DNA of 64,000 nt from Minisyncoccota bacterium (GTDB taxonomy: Bacteria; Patescibacteriota; Minisyncoccia; JBAYJV01). How positions within the stretch are numbered: the first letter of the stretch is position 1; every line of letters begins with the position of its first letter. This document shows, piece by piece, positions 1 through 7,407 of the stretch. The notes under the pieces are model-generated. The model searched no databases. It saw nothing but the letters and a program-made list of their open reading frames with translations, and was not told the DNA's origin. The stretch is from assembly GCA_041664925.1 (NCBI GenBank), contig JBAYJV010000002.1:72302-136301 (forward strand). The letters are read 5' to 3'. The position numbers were made by a program, and so were the translations under genes.

Positions 1-351
1 TATTTCCGCATCTCGAATGCTTTGGCGAGCATCTTTGGTATCAATACTTGCTAAAGTAGCGCCCTTTTTGACTTGTTGGCCATTTTTAATTCCCAAAAAC
101 GTAATATCGCCAGAAGCTTTTGCTTTTAAATCAACCTGACTGGAAACTTCAATTTGGCCAGAGCCAGAAACGGATGAAACAATGCTGCCTTTTTCCGCAG
201 CTTCGGTAGTGTATTGAGTTGTTGCTTTAGCAGTTCCGCCTAGTCCCTTAATAAGAAAAAAAACGCCAATGAAAATAACAATTAAACTAATTGACGAAAT
301 AATTTTATGTTTTTTAAATGGCTTTGAGAATATAGAAAATATTTTTTTCAT
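1..351 (-). CDS. efflux-transporter periplasmic adaptor (membrane-fusion, HlyD/RND-MFP family), N-terminal part; C-terminus lies beyond the window start
   Basis: minus-strand ORF runs off coordinate 1; start ATG at 351-349; translation MKKIFSIFSKPFKKHKIISSISLIVIFIGVFFLIKG...GSGQIEVSSQVDLKAKASGDITFLGIKNGQQVKKGATLASIDTKDA shows signal-anchor plus lipoyl-like hairpin typical of MFP adaptors. Confidence 0.45.
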   Translation of the reverse strand, partial: MKKIFSIFSKPFKKHKIISSISLIVIFIGVFFLIKGLGGTAKATTQYTTEAAEKGSIVSSVSGSGQIEVSSQVDLKAKASGDITFLGIKNGQQVKKGATLASIDTKDARQSIRDAEI

Positions 352-488
352 GTAAATGGATACGATTTAAAATAAGGAGGCCTGAATTATCCTCCATTTA
401 TATATTACAAACTTGATTGACAATTTATTTCAAAAAAACAGAAATTTTTACAATATTTCTGTTTTCCACATTTTTATGCTATTTATTT

Positions 489-1268
489 TTAAAAATCCAT
501 TGGTCTATCTTTTTGAAAAGGCATTAACTTATCTTTCTCAGGAGGGATTGGTGGAATAGGTAATCTATCACCGCCAATATCAATTCCTTTGGCAATAAAT
601 TCTTTTCCCTGCCATTGACCGATTATTCTTACTTGCTGATCTTCTGTAAAATCGGATCCAAAAGGAAAAAGAGTATCTTCACCCCACCTGACAATGATTT
701 TCTTTTCAAAAGGCGTCAATAAAGTCAATTGGCGTTCTGATACTTGAATAATTTTTCCAGCCAGCCAGTCTGGACCAACAGATTCTCTGTGATACATTTC
801 TCTCATTGGAGGAAACTTTGAAGCAGGCTCATTAAAACCGGTCTTATCAATAATAATTCCAAAAATTATAGCAAAAACAATCAAGCCAATAGCGATACCC
901 CAGAAACTTTTTTTATAAGAAATATCATATTTTCTAATAATTACTATGCCGATAACAATACTAGCAATTGCCAAAATTAACATAGGCCAAGGAAAAACGT
1001 GAAGAAAAGGAAGATAGCCAGGCCTTCCGAATCTGAGGTATTGAAAAGGAGCATGAATGCGGAGCCTAAATGATATTAAATTGACCAAAAACGAAGCTAG
1101 CGCAATACTCAAAAACAAACCAAAACTTAAAAATAATGAGCTAATAATGAAAAAGATTCTTGGTTTCATTCGTATGCTTTTTTTATCAATTTCTTTCATG
1201 ACTTTTTGAGCCATTTCTATTTTCTTACCTTCTGCGTTATTTATTTTTATTGATTTAGATTTTGGCAT
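489..1268 (-). CDS. membrane protein directly downstream of ECF sigma factor, putative anti-sigma factor-like (3 TM segments, Pro-rich C-terminus)
   Basis: 259 aa ORF 20 nt after the sigma-factor stop, same strand; hydrophobic stretches (FFIISSLFLSFGLFLSIALASFLV; LILAIASIVIGIVII; IAIGLIVFAIIFGIII); function inferred from gene position only. Confidence 0.4.
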   Translation of the reverse strand: MPKSKSIKINNAEGKKIEMAQKVMKEIDKKSIRMKPRIFFIISSLFLSFGLFLSIALASFLVNLISFRLRIHAPFQYLRFGRPGYLPFLHVFPWPMLILAIASIVIGIVIIRKYDISYKKSFWGIAIGLIVFAIIFGIIIDKTGFNEPASKFPPMREMYHRESVGPDWLAGKIIQVSERQLTLLTPFEKKIIVRWGEDTLFPFGSDFTEDQQVRIIGQWQGKEFIAKGIDIGGDRLPIPPIPPEKDKLMPFQKDRPMDF

Positions 1269-1287
1269 TTATTTTAAATTTAATCGC

Positions 1288-1839
1288 TTATATTTTTATA
1301 TTTTTTTGAAGCATTATTTTAGCTCGATTGATTCTTGCGCCAACACCGCCAATAGAAATTCTTAAAATATCGCTAATTTCCTTATAGGATTTTTCTTCTA
1401 AATAGAACAATGTAATCGGTTCTCGGTATTTCAAGGGCAGAAGGCTTAAATATCTCTTAATTTGCTCTTTCGTTTCTTTGTCCGATACCTGTTTGTAAAT
1501 GTGTCTATCTTCTAATAATTGATGATGATCCCAGCCATCTTTATCCAATAATATCTCTTTTCTATGTTTCTTTATGATATTGATTGCCTCGTTGTGCGCA
1601 ATGCGATAAATCCAGCTAGAAAACTTTTGTTTAGTGCTAAACCCCATAAGATTTATGAACGCTTTTATAAAAGTATTTTGAACCGCATCTTCGGCTTTTT
1701 GCCTATTTTTTATCAAATACAAAACATATCGGAGCAATCGATCCTGATATCGTTTAACAATTTCTGCGTAAAGTTCTTGATCTTTTGTTCGCACCAACTC
1801 TACGAGTTTTTCATCACTCAATTTTTCTATATTTTCCAT
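1288..1839 (-). CDS. ECF-type sigma-70 family RNA polymerase sigma factor
   Basis: 183 aa; region-2 like QDRLLRYVLYLIKNRQKAEDAVQNTFIKAF...FSSWIYRIAHNEAINIIKK and region-4 HTH LPLKYREPITLFYLEEKSYKEISDILRISIGGVGARINRAKIML. Confidence 0.8.
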   Translation of the reverse strand: MENIEKLSDEKLVELVRTKDQELYAEIVKRYQDRLLRYVLYLIKNRQKAEDAVQNTFIKAFINLMGFSTKQKFSSWIYRIAHNEAINIIKKHRKEILLDKDGWDHHQLLEDRHIYKQVSDKETKEQIKRYLSLLPLKYREPITLFYLEEKSYKEISDILRISIGGVGARINRAKIMLQKNIKI

Positions 1840-1938
1840 ATTATATCCACAATCATACTACATCTTCATTATTCAATTTCTTTCACAAATATGCAAGACT
1901 TAAAACAAAAACCCCATATTCTCTATGGGGTTTTCCTA

Positions 1939-2571
1939 TTATGCTCCTAGAATAGCCATAATGTCTTGGAAGACTTTTTCGATCGGCTGTTCTCCATTAA
2001 CTCTCGAGATCAAACCGATGCCCTGATAACAATCTATCATTGGAACTGTAGACAGGACATAGGTGTCAAAGCGACCCTCTACGACTTTTCTATCTAATTC
2101 ATCATCTCTTTGAAATAATCGTCCACCGCACAAAGGACAGGTTTTTGCATCTTGACCAAGAATTAGTTTACTATGAATGGCGCCACATTTTTCACAATTT
2201 AGACGATTCAGTAGTCGCCTGACCGATTCTTTTCTGGAAATATCAATCACGATCACTCTATTTAATGAAGTAATTCGAGCTAACATTTCTATTTGTGACA
2301 CGGTGCGCGGAATTCCGTCAAGAACAAATCCGCCATTTTTAGCCGACTCTATTCTCTTGCGCATCATGGCAAAAATCAATTTATCGGAAACATATTTACC
2401 GGCGTCAATCTTGATTCCAATCTCTTTTCCTAAATCTGATCCTGATTTTCTTTCGTCACGCAGAGCATCTCCGCTGGACAAATGAACAAGCGTTGTACTT
2501 TTGGCGATTTTCTTCGCTTGCGTTCCTTTTCCAGCACCTGGCGCTCCAAGGAACAATATGCGAGATAACAT
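1939..2571 (-). CDS. adk: adenylate kinase with zinc-ribbon LID domain
   Basis: start moved to internal M (MLSRILFLGAPGAGKGTQA, P-loop) because GGAGGAA lies 7 nt upstream; LID CEKCG...CPLCGG; ORF-track start at 2610 would run through the terminator. Confidence 0.9.
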   Translation of the reverse strand: MLSRILFLGAPGAGKGTQAKKIAKSTTLVHLSSGDALRDERKSGSDLGKEIGIKIDAGKYVSDKLIFAMMRKRIESAKNGGFVLDGIPRTVSQIEMLARITSLNRVIVIDISRKESVRRLLNRLNCEKCGAIHSKLILGQDAKTCPLCGGRLFQRDDELDRKVVEGRFDTYVLSTVPMIDCYQGIGLISRVNGEQPIEKVFQDIMAILGA

Positions 2572-2589
2572 TCTATTCCTCCTTTGTTT

Positions 2590-2616
2590 AAAAATCCCAC
2601 ATGCTTTCATGTGGGA
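2590..2616 (-). terminator. intrinsic terminator between tRNA and adk (minus sense CCCACATGaaagcATGTGGG + T5)
   Basis: perfect 8-bp GC-rich stem followed by TTTTT on minus strand. Confidence 0.55.
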
Positions 2617-2620
2617 TTAC

Positions 2621-2697
2621 TGGGCATTGATACAGGATTTGAACCCGTGTCTCCGAGCGGAAAACTCGGTATCCTCGACCGCTAGACGAACCAACGC
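2621..2697 (-). tRNA. tRNA, probably tRNA-Glu (anticodon UUC), encoded CCA; one extra nucleotide between T-stem and acceptor stem
   Basis: minus sense GCGTTGG TT CGTC..GGAT A CCGAG TTTTCCG CTCGG AGAC ACGGG TTCAAAT CCTGT A TCAATGC CCA; strongly parallels bacterial tRNA-Glu (UUCGUCUAG..GGACACC..CUUUC); acceptor pairs only if an A is bulged. Confidence 0.55.
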
Positions 2698-2704
2698 TAA
2701 GAAT

Positions 2705-2733
2705 ATCTTAATCTATAACTGTTTTCTTGTCAA
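2705..2733 (-). promoter_or_regulatory. sigma-70-like promoter for tRNA-Glu (TTGACA-17-TAAGAT)
   Basis: minus sense TTGACAagaaaacagttatagatTAAGAT, 7 nt before tRNA 5' end. Confidence 0.5.
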
Positions 2734-2945
2734 GAACTAGAACTTGCCTCTATTTCTTCATAGCGCCTCATTGGCCATCCAATCATGCTAATAGTCATGC
2801 TTGTTCCCAGAAATTGACTAGGGCTGAAGATGCCGACAATAACGAGAGTTGAACCTGCAGTATAAAGAGCAATGAGAATGACCGCCATACCTCTTAACGA
2901 CCAAAAGAAAAATCTTTTGACGACCATAGAACACCTCCCCTTCAT
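2730..2945 (-). CDS. small hydrophobic hypothetical protein (71 aa)
   Basis: ORF with two hydrophobic stretches (MAVILIALYTAGSTLVIVGIF); no recognisable motif; may be spurious. Confidence 0.25.
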   Translation of the reverse strand: MKGRCSMVVKRFFFWSLRGMAVILIALYTAGSTLVIVGIFSPSQFLGTSMTISMIGWPMRRYEEIEASSSS

Positions 2946-3046
2946 TCATAATTTAATAGATATAGCTCAGGAAGTCAAGGAAACCTCTTTTCGTTGCATT
3001 TTTTTATGTTTTTTGTATAATAATGACATAGTTGTAAATTAACTAT

Positions 3047-3301
3047 ATGGCCGAAAAATTAGTCGGCAAAATTACTCACTACTTTGGAAACATTGGAGTG
3101 GGGATTGTAAAATTGGAAAAAGGGGAAATAAAAATAGGAAGCAAGATAAAAATAAAAACTCACGAAGGCGAGTTTGAGCAGGAAGTAGTGTCAATGCAAG
3201 CTGACCACAAGGACATTACATCTGCCAAAGGCGGCGAAGAATTTGGTACGAAACTAGAACAAAAAGCCCACGAAGGCAACGAAGTCTTTCTAATGGAATA
3301 A
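3047..3301 (+). CDS. small hypothetical protein with EF-Tu/IF2 domain-II-like beta-barrel signature
   Basis: 84 aa; VGKITHYFGNIGVGIVKLEKGEIKIGSKIKIK...VVSMQADHKDITSAKGGEEFGTKL; preceded by TTGCAT-16-TGTATAAT promoter (2994-3023). Confidence 0.45.
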   Translation: MAEKLVGKITHYFGNIGVGIVKLEKGEIKIGSKIKIKTHEGEFEQEVVSMQADHKDITSAKGGEEFGTKLEQKAHEGNEVFLME

Positions 3302-3368
3302 CAAAAATCCTTGTTTCTGGTTTTAACCCTGTTTTTTTGTTGTAGTATGATGTTTTGTTTCCAAAATT

Positions 3369-3402
3369 TTTCACTTTTCACTTTAAATTTTAAACTTTCT
3401 AT
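3369..3402 (+). promoter_or_regulatory. class-II conserved promoter motif TTTTCACTTTAAATTTTAAACTTTCTAT abutting tRNA-His
   Basis: same roughly 30-nt motif recurs at 12668-12700, 12963-12998 and 22568-22600, each ending 0-2 nt before a tRNA 5' end or a start codon. Confidence 0.45.
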
Positions 3403-3481
3403 GGTGGCTGTAGCTCAATTTGGTTAGAGCACTGGGTTGTGGTCCCAGCGGTTGCGCGTTCAAGTCGCGTCAGCCACCCCA
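3403..3481 (+). tRNA. tRNA-His (anticodon GUG) with G-1:C73 and encoded CCA
   Basis: G-1 GTGGCTG TA GCTC AATTTGGTTA GAGC A CTGGG TTGTGGT CCCAG CGGTT GCGCG TTCAAGT CGCGT CAGCCAC C CCA; cloverleaf closes; extra 5' G paired to C73 is the His signature. Confidence 0.85.
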
Positions 3482-3561
3482 TGAACCGCGTTGGGTTCAT
3501 GGTTGTGTACCCTACGCGGTACATAACTCAGCGATACCCGACGGACTGATTTTGAAAACTT

Positions 3562-3822
3562 ATGTGTTACTATGTATATGTTTTGCGCAGCCTAAAAGAC
3601 GGCTGTTTTTATATTGGTTTTACCAATAATCTAAAAAGAAGATTTTCTCAACACAATTCTGGTCAAGTTAAGAGTACAAAAAGCAGGAGACCATTTAAGA
3701 TAATGTATTACGAGGCTCATACTTCAAAAAAAGATGCGAAAAGAAGGGAGCAATATTTCAAATCTACTAAAGGGAAAAGTACCTTAAGGCAAATGCTCAG
3801 AAATGCACTAGATCAAAAGTAA
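3562..3822 (+). CDS. GIY-YIG nuclease superfamily protein (YhbQ-like small endonuclease)
   Basis: YVYVLRSLKDGCFYIGFTNNLKRRFSQHNSG matches GIY-x10-YIG...R...H/N motif; sits directly 3' of tRNA-His. Confidence 0.6.
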   Translation: MCYYVYVLRSLKDGCFYIGFTNNLKRRFSQHNSGQVKSTKSRRPFKIMYYEAHTSKKDAKRREQYFKSTKGKSTLRQMLRNALDQK

Positions 3823-3887
3823 GGCGCGTTTTAGAATATATTGATCCTGAGGAGCGCAAGCGACGAATGGACAACAATAACTTAAAG

Positions 3888-3910
3888 TCACGCCTGGCGT
3901 GGCTTTTTGT
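3888..3910 (+). terminator. intrinsic terminator after GIY-YIG gene (CACGCCtGGCGTG + T-run)
   Basis: hairpin followed by CTTTTTGTT. Confidence 0.45.
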
Positions 3911-3962
3911 TGTACATGGTATCATATATTTTTAGTTTGTTGCGTATAAATTTGTAGGGGTA

Positions 3963-3990
3963 TTGACAAGGTTTATAATTTTGATAGTAT
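3963..3990 (+). promoter_or_regulatory. promoter TTGACA-16-TAGTAT driving an ORF-less GC-rich transcript
   Basis: consensus -35 at 3963-3968, -10 at 3985-3990. Confidence 0.45.
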
Positions 3991-3996
3991 GGTGAT

Positions 3997-4238
3997 ACGG
4001 TTTCGCTAGGGACCCTAGGGAGGTAAGGGGACATTAACTGGAGACAGCAGGTGCTGCTGGTAGATCGAAGGAGGAGGTCCCGGGCAGGGACCGAACGCCC
4101 ACGATCCCTTCGTGAGCATACAGGCCAGATACTCTATTGCCTTAGGGGAATGAGCTGTCATCAGGCGAGTTAACTAACCAAACCTGGCAACTCTAGCGAA
4201 CACCAATGACCGAGGAAAGACTCCTCGGTCATTTTTTA
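3997..4238 (+). ncRNA. candidate structured small RNA (about 240 nt), identity unresolved
   Basis: GC-rich, no ORF, own promoter and terminator (GACCGAGGAaagacTCCTCGGTC+T6 at 4207-4238); 5' GGTTTCGCTAG can pair 3' CTAGCGAAC-ACC; internal hairpins CAGCAGgtgCTGCTG and GGTCCCgggcaGGGACC. Confidence 0.4.
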
Positions 4239-4320
4239 TATAATAAGTTCCAACTAAATCGCATAGCCATCCCATACAAAAAAAGCAAGGAGATTAATCC
4301 TTGCTTTTTATTTTTTAATT

Positions 4321-4677
4321 TTATTTTTCCTCAATTATATTTCTCATTCTTTCTTTAAACGCCCTTATTTGTGTTGCGTATTCTCCTACTTGATTTCTTT
4401 CTCTTTCAGCAGTAGCAGTAGCAGCAATTCTTTCTTTTTTTTTCAGAACATCTGCATAAACTTCATCAAGCCAATCGAGGTAATATTCTCTCTGATTGAC
4501 TTCGTCGTCTGAGTCCATAAATTCTCCCATTTTTTCTATTTCAGTTTCAAGTCTTTTTCTTTTACTTTCGTACTCTTTAATTCTTCTCTCGTCCTCTGGT
4601 GTCCACGTTTCTTCTGCATGTCCTTCTGTTTTATCTTGTTCAATATTTTCTCCAGGCATAAATTTAAAATAAATCAC
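4321..4677 (-). CDS. hypothetical charged coiled-coil protein
   Basis: 118 aa, Glu/Lys/Arg-rich (RRIKEYESKRKRLETEIEKMGEF...); no motif. Confidence 0.35.
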   Translation of the reverse strand: MIYFKFMPGENIEQDKTEGHAEETWTPEDERRIKEYESKRKRLETEIEKMGEFMDSDDEVNQREYYLDWLDEVYADVLKKKERIAATATAERERNQVGEYATQIRAFKERMRNIIEEK

Positions 4678-4805
4678 ATTTAAAAAATCTATTTAATTAT
4701 ATAGTAACAAATTCAACTTCATTAAACAAGAGATATAATCTCTTAAAAGTTCAATAATCATTTAATCAGAAAAGATATAATCCGTAATAAAATAAGTTCT
4801 TATTG

Positions 4806-4876
4806 ACGGGACTTTTTTGCTGTGCCCGTCCGAAGTCCTGCCTGACGCCTGCCTGATGGAGTCAGGGTAGGCAGGT
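4806..4876. repeat. GC-rich palindromic intergenic element (CCTGCCTGA...TCAGGGTAGGCAGG family)
   Basis: locally GC-rich inverted repeats in AT-rich spacer; related cores at 17895-17925, 24089-24135, 48776-48815, 50166-50228. Confidence 0.45.
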
Positions 4877-4910
4877 TTAAACGAAGAAGGGGTTCCAGTC
4901 TTGACTTTGA

Positions 4911-4939
4911 ATATTCTTTGTGATAGAATGCATATAGAA
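4911..4939 (+). promoter_or_regulatory. promoter TTGACT-17-TAGAAT for two-gene small-protein operon
   Basis: consensus hexamers; RBS AAAAGGAGG 5 nt before ATG 4956. Confidence 0.5.
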
Positions 4940-4955
4940 ATCAAAAGGAGGAACC

Positions 4956-5246
4956 ATGTCAGATCTGCAACTAGCGATGATGGAGGAAAATCGTCGTAAT
5001 TTGAAAGTGACTGTCCTACATCGACCTGGCGGGAAATGGACCAATATTGAGGTTGGTAGGCTGATTAACGGTCTTATGACTGAAGCAGTTCAGTGTCGTG
5101 ACCATCCTGAGTACGTTGTGCTTTATGGTCATTACACCAAAGAACAAACACTAGAGGCTCTCGGCGGTGTAATGGCTTATACAGCTATTCAGGTTACGGG
5201 AGCGGATGATCCGAGAATTCCATTTCCGACTGGTTTTTGCTTGTAG
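4956..5246 (+). CDS. hypothetical protein (96 aa)
   Basis: strong RBS AAAGGAGGAACC; no recognisable domain. Confidence 0.55.
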   Translation: MSDLQLAMMEENRRNLKVTVLHRPGGKWTNIEVGRLINGLMTEAVQCRDHPEYVVLYGHYTKEQTLEALGGVMAYTAIQVTGADDPRIPFPTGFCL

Positions 5247-5270
5247 AAAAAACGAACAAGGAGGCAAAAG

Positions 5271-5459
5271 GTGGGCAAGGAGCTTACGCAACTCATCGGA
5301 CAAATCGTGGATATCGTCATGTCTGATGGCGCAACAACGAGACTTGGAAGAAAACTTGAAAAGATTGATGGGAATAGGATTTACTTCTCTTTTAAAGGAC
5401 AAGAGGAGGTTCTTACGCTTGAAGAAATAGATGGAATTTATCCATCAGACGATGATTAA
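5271..5459 (+). CDS. hypothetical small protein (62 aa), possibly Sm-like fold; GTG start
   Basis: GGAGG 7 nt upstream of GTG; IGQIVDIVMSDGATTRLGRKLEKIDGNRIYF; terminator GGGACTGGaaagCCAGTCCC+T8 at 5474-5501. Confidence 0.5.
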   Translation: MGKELTQLIGQIVDIVMSDGATTRLGRKLEKIDGNRIYFSFKGQEEVLTLEEIDGIYPSDDD

Positions 5460-5555
5460 GCAACAGAAGTCATGGGACTGGAAAGCCAGTCCCTCTTTTT
5501 TATACATTTTTATTATGATTGATTTTTTGTTTAACTTGTTATATAATTGTTAGCA

Positions 5556-5786
5556 ATGAAAAAAATAGACGAGGCATATGAATTTAGTAAAACCCAGACT
5601 ACTGTTTCTGTATTTTTGGAAACTTATAATCAAAGCATTCCTGATGTTTTCCCGCATGCCTCCATTGAAAATTTAGGAGAATTTCAGAATTTCCATCCAG
5701 CATTATTCAAAGATAGAAATTTATGGTCTATTGCTCAGCACCGAAAAAAACTTATTGATTGGCTTTTCGAAAATAGTTTTGTTTAA
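5556..5786 (+). CDS. hypothetical protein (76 aa), probably leaderless
   Basis: ATG 5556 lies 7 nt after TATATAAT (-10) with TTGATT -35; ORF-track TTG start 5547 would sit inside the -10 box. Confidence 0.4.
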   Translation: MKKIDEAYEFSKTQTTVSVFLETYNQSIPDVFPHASIENLGEFQNFHPALFKDRNLWSIAQHRKKLIDWLFENSFV

Positions 5787-5903
5787 TAATCGGTTTATTA
5801 TAATCACATAAAAAAAGTCCCTATTAATGGGGCTTTTTACTTTGCCCTTCTGTAACCCTGAGCTTGCTGAAGACCAAAGGAGAGTGTTACCATAATCCTA
5901 CTG

Positions 5904-5932
5904 TTGACATTAAAATATTTAAGTGATAGGAT
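5904..5932 (+). promoter_or_regulatory. class-I promoter TTGACA-17-TAGGAT followed by AGTTCTCAAAA leader
   Basis: near-identical to promoter at 8138-8166. Confidence 0.5.
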
Positions 5933-5968
5933 GTGGTCAGTTCTCAAAAGCCAAGAGGAGGAAACAAA

Positions 5969-6415
5969 ATGGCAAAGAGTTTGCAGGAAATTGCAGATGA
6001 ATTTGGTTATAGTGTGGTTCATGATTTTCACGAGGGCTTAGCCTGTGCAAAAAAGGACGGAAAGTGGTTCCATATCCGTCCCGACGGTACTCCTGCTTAC
6101 GACTATAGATATGACGAAATTGAAGATTTTCACGAGGGCTTAGCCTGCGCAAGAAAAGGCAATGAGTGGTTCCATATTCGTCACGATGGCGTTCCTGCCT
6201 ATGAACAGAGATATGAAGAGACTGGACTTTTTTCTGAAGGCTTAGCCTATGCAATGAAAAATGGTAAAAAGTTCCATATTTGTCATGACGGTACTCCAGC
6301 CTATCAAAGAAGATTTACCAGTCTTGGGGATTTTTCAAATGGTTCAGCATATGCTGCATCAGATGAAGAACCGAGATCATTCCGCATTAATCATGCTGGT
6401 GAAAAAGTAAGCTAG
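5969..6415 (+). CDS. small protein made of four roughly 35-aa WG-like beta repeats (FHEGLAxAxKxGxWFHIRxDGTPAY)
   Basis: start moved to MAKSLQEIADEF after AAGAGGAGGAAAC; four tandem repeats resembling the WG-containing repeat family; paralog at 8207-8446; terminator 6423-6457. Confidence 0.6.
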   Translation: MAKSLQEIADEFGYSVVHDFHEGLACAKKDGKWFHIRPDGTPAYDYRYDEIEDFHEGLACARKGNEWFHIRHDGVPAYEQRYEETGLFSEGLAYAMKNGKKFHICHDGTPAYQRRFTSLGDFSNGSAYAASDEEPRSFRINHAGEKVS

Positions 6416-6496
6416 CATACAGCCCATAGATAAATTATTGTCTATGGGTATTTTTTTATGCTTTCATAGAACTTTTATAGTATAATAATTACTAAC

Positions 6497-6865
6497 ATGA
6501 AAAAAGAATTAATAGCGCCATGTGGAATGAATTGCGGTGTTTGTCTTCATTATCTGCGGGAACATAATAAGTGTCCCGGTTGTTTTACTGGCAGAAAAGT
6601 CAATCAAGCGTGCATAAAATGTGGCATTAAACTTTGCAAAGACAGGCGAGGAGAGTATTGTTTTGATTGTGATAAATTTCCTTGCGAACGGCTTAAGCGC
6701 TTGGATAAAAGATATTGCAATAGACATGGAATGAGCGAAATAGAAAATCTAAAAACCATCAAAACAAAAGGAATAAAATACTTTTTAACTCAGGAAGAAA
6801 AGAGATGGGTAAATCCAGATGGCACATATTGTGTTCATGATAAAAAACGATATTTAATTAAATGA
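6497..6865 (+). CDS. cysteine-rich DUF3795-like protein
   Basis: CGMNCGVCLHY...CPGC...CIKCGIKLC...CFDCDKFPC pattern. Confidence 0.5.
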   Translation: MKKELIAPCGMNCGVCLHYLREHNKCPGCFTGRKVNQACIKCGIKLCKDRRGEYCFDCDKFPCERLKRLDKRYCNRHGMSEIENLKTIKTKGIKYFLTQEEKRWVNPDGTYCVHDKKRYLIK

Positions 6866-6888
6866 TTTTTTTGGTATAATTAAAAAAC

Positions 6889-7404
6889 ATGGAACAACAA
6901 AAATGTTACGAAAACTATCCTTTTTGGATGGTAATAGTTTCAAACATCATTTCATTTGCCATTTATATTATAGGAGGATTTCTTGTTTATCAGGTTGGCT
7001 TATTGTGGTTATTGCTTTATATCTGCTATATCTTGATTTTGGAAATAAAGTTGTTAAAAGGACATTGTGTGAATTGTTATTATTTTGGAAAAACCTGTTT
7101 TTCTGGGAAAGGAAGGCTGAGCAGTCTATTTTTCAAAAGAGGTAAGCCAACAAAATTCATTGATATAAAAATAACTTGGAAAGATATTGTTCCAGACTTT
7201 TTGATTTCAGTCATTCCTATTCTTGTCGGAATTGTTGTCCTTGTGAGAAATTTTAATTGGATAATTCTTTTATTCACAGTAGCGCTCTTTTTCCTAGGAT
7301 TTTTAGGAAATGCATTAGTAAGAGGTCATTTGGCCTGTAAATACTGCAAACAGCGAGAGCTTGGATGTCCGGCTCAAAAATTATTTAATAAAACTAAGCA
7401 ATAA
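6889..7404 (+). CDS. hypothetical 4-TM membrane protein with CxxC pairs
   Basis: hydrophobic helices; HCVNCYYFGKTC and CKYCKQRELGC motifs. Confidence 0.5.
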   Translation: MEQQKCYENYPFWMVIVSNIISFAIYIIGGFLVYQVGLLWLLLYICYILILEIKLLKGHCVNCYYFGKTCFSGKGRLSSLFFKRGKPTKFIDIKITWKDIVPDFLISVIPILVGIVVLVRNFNWIILLFTVALFFLGFLGNALVRGHLACKYCKQRELGCPAQKLFNKTKQ

Positions 7405-7407
7405 AAT

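Noticed and set aside
1564-1950. 128-aa plus-strand ORF
   Set aside because: It is antisense to the ECF sigma gene and the adk-sigma intergenic terminator, with an AT-rich low-complexity translation.
3420-3629. 69-aa ORF overlapping tRNA-His
   Set aside because: It lies inside the tRNA gene and its terminator region and is a frame artefact.
3995-4238. Identification of this ncRNA as SRP RNA, RNase P RNA or 6S RNA
   Set aside because: Diagnostic motifs are absent. There is no GUCCGGAAGGAAGCAGC for SRP and no GGAAAGUCCGGGC or CCCGGCUUA for RNase P. Multi-branch local hairpins are unlike the 6S long irregular helix. A family could not be assigned without a covariance search.
5933-5968. N-terminal extension MVSSQKPRGGNK of the WG-repeat ORF
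   Set aside because: It overlaps the -10 box and leader of the class-I promoter. A strong RBS precedes the internal ATG at 5969.
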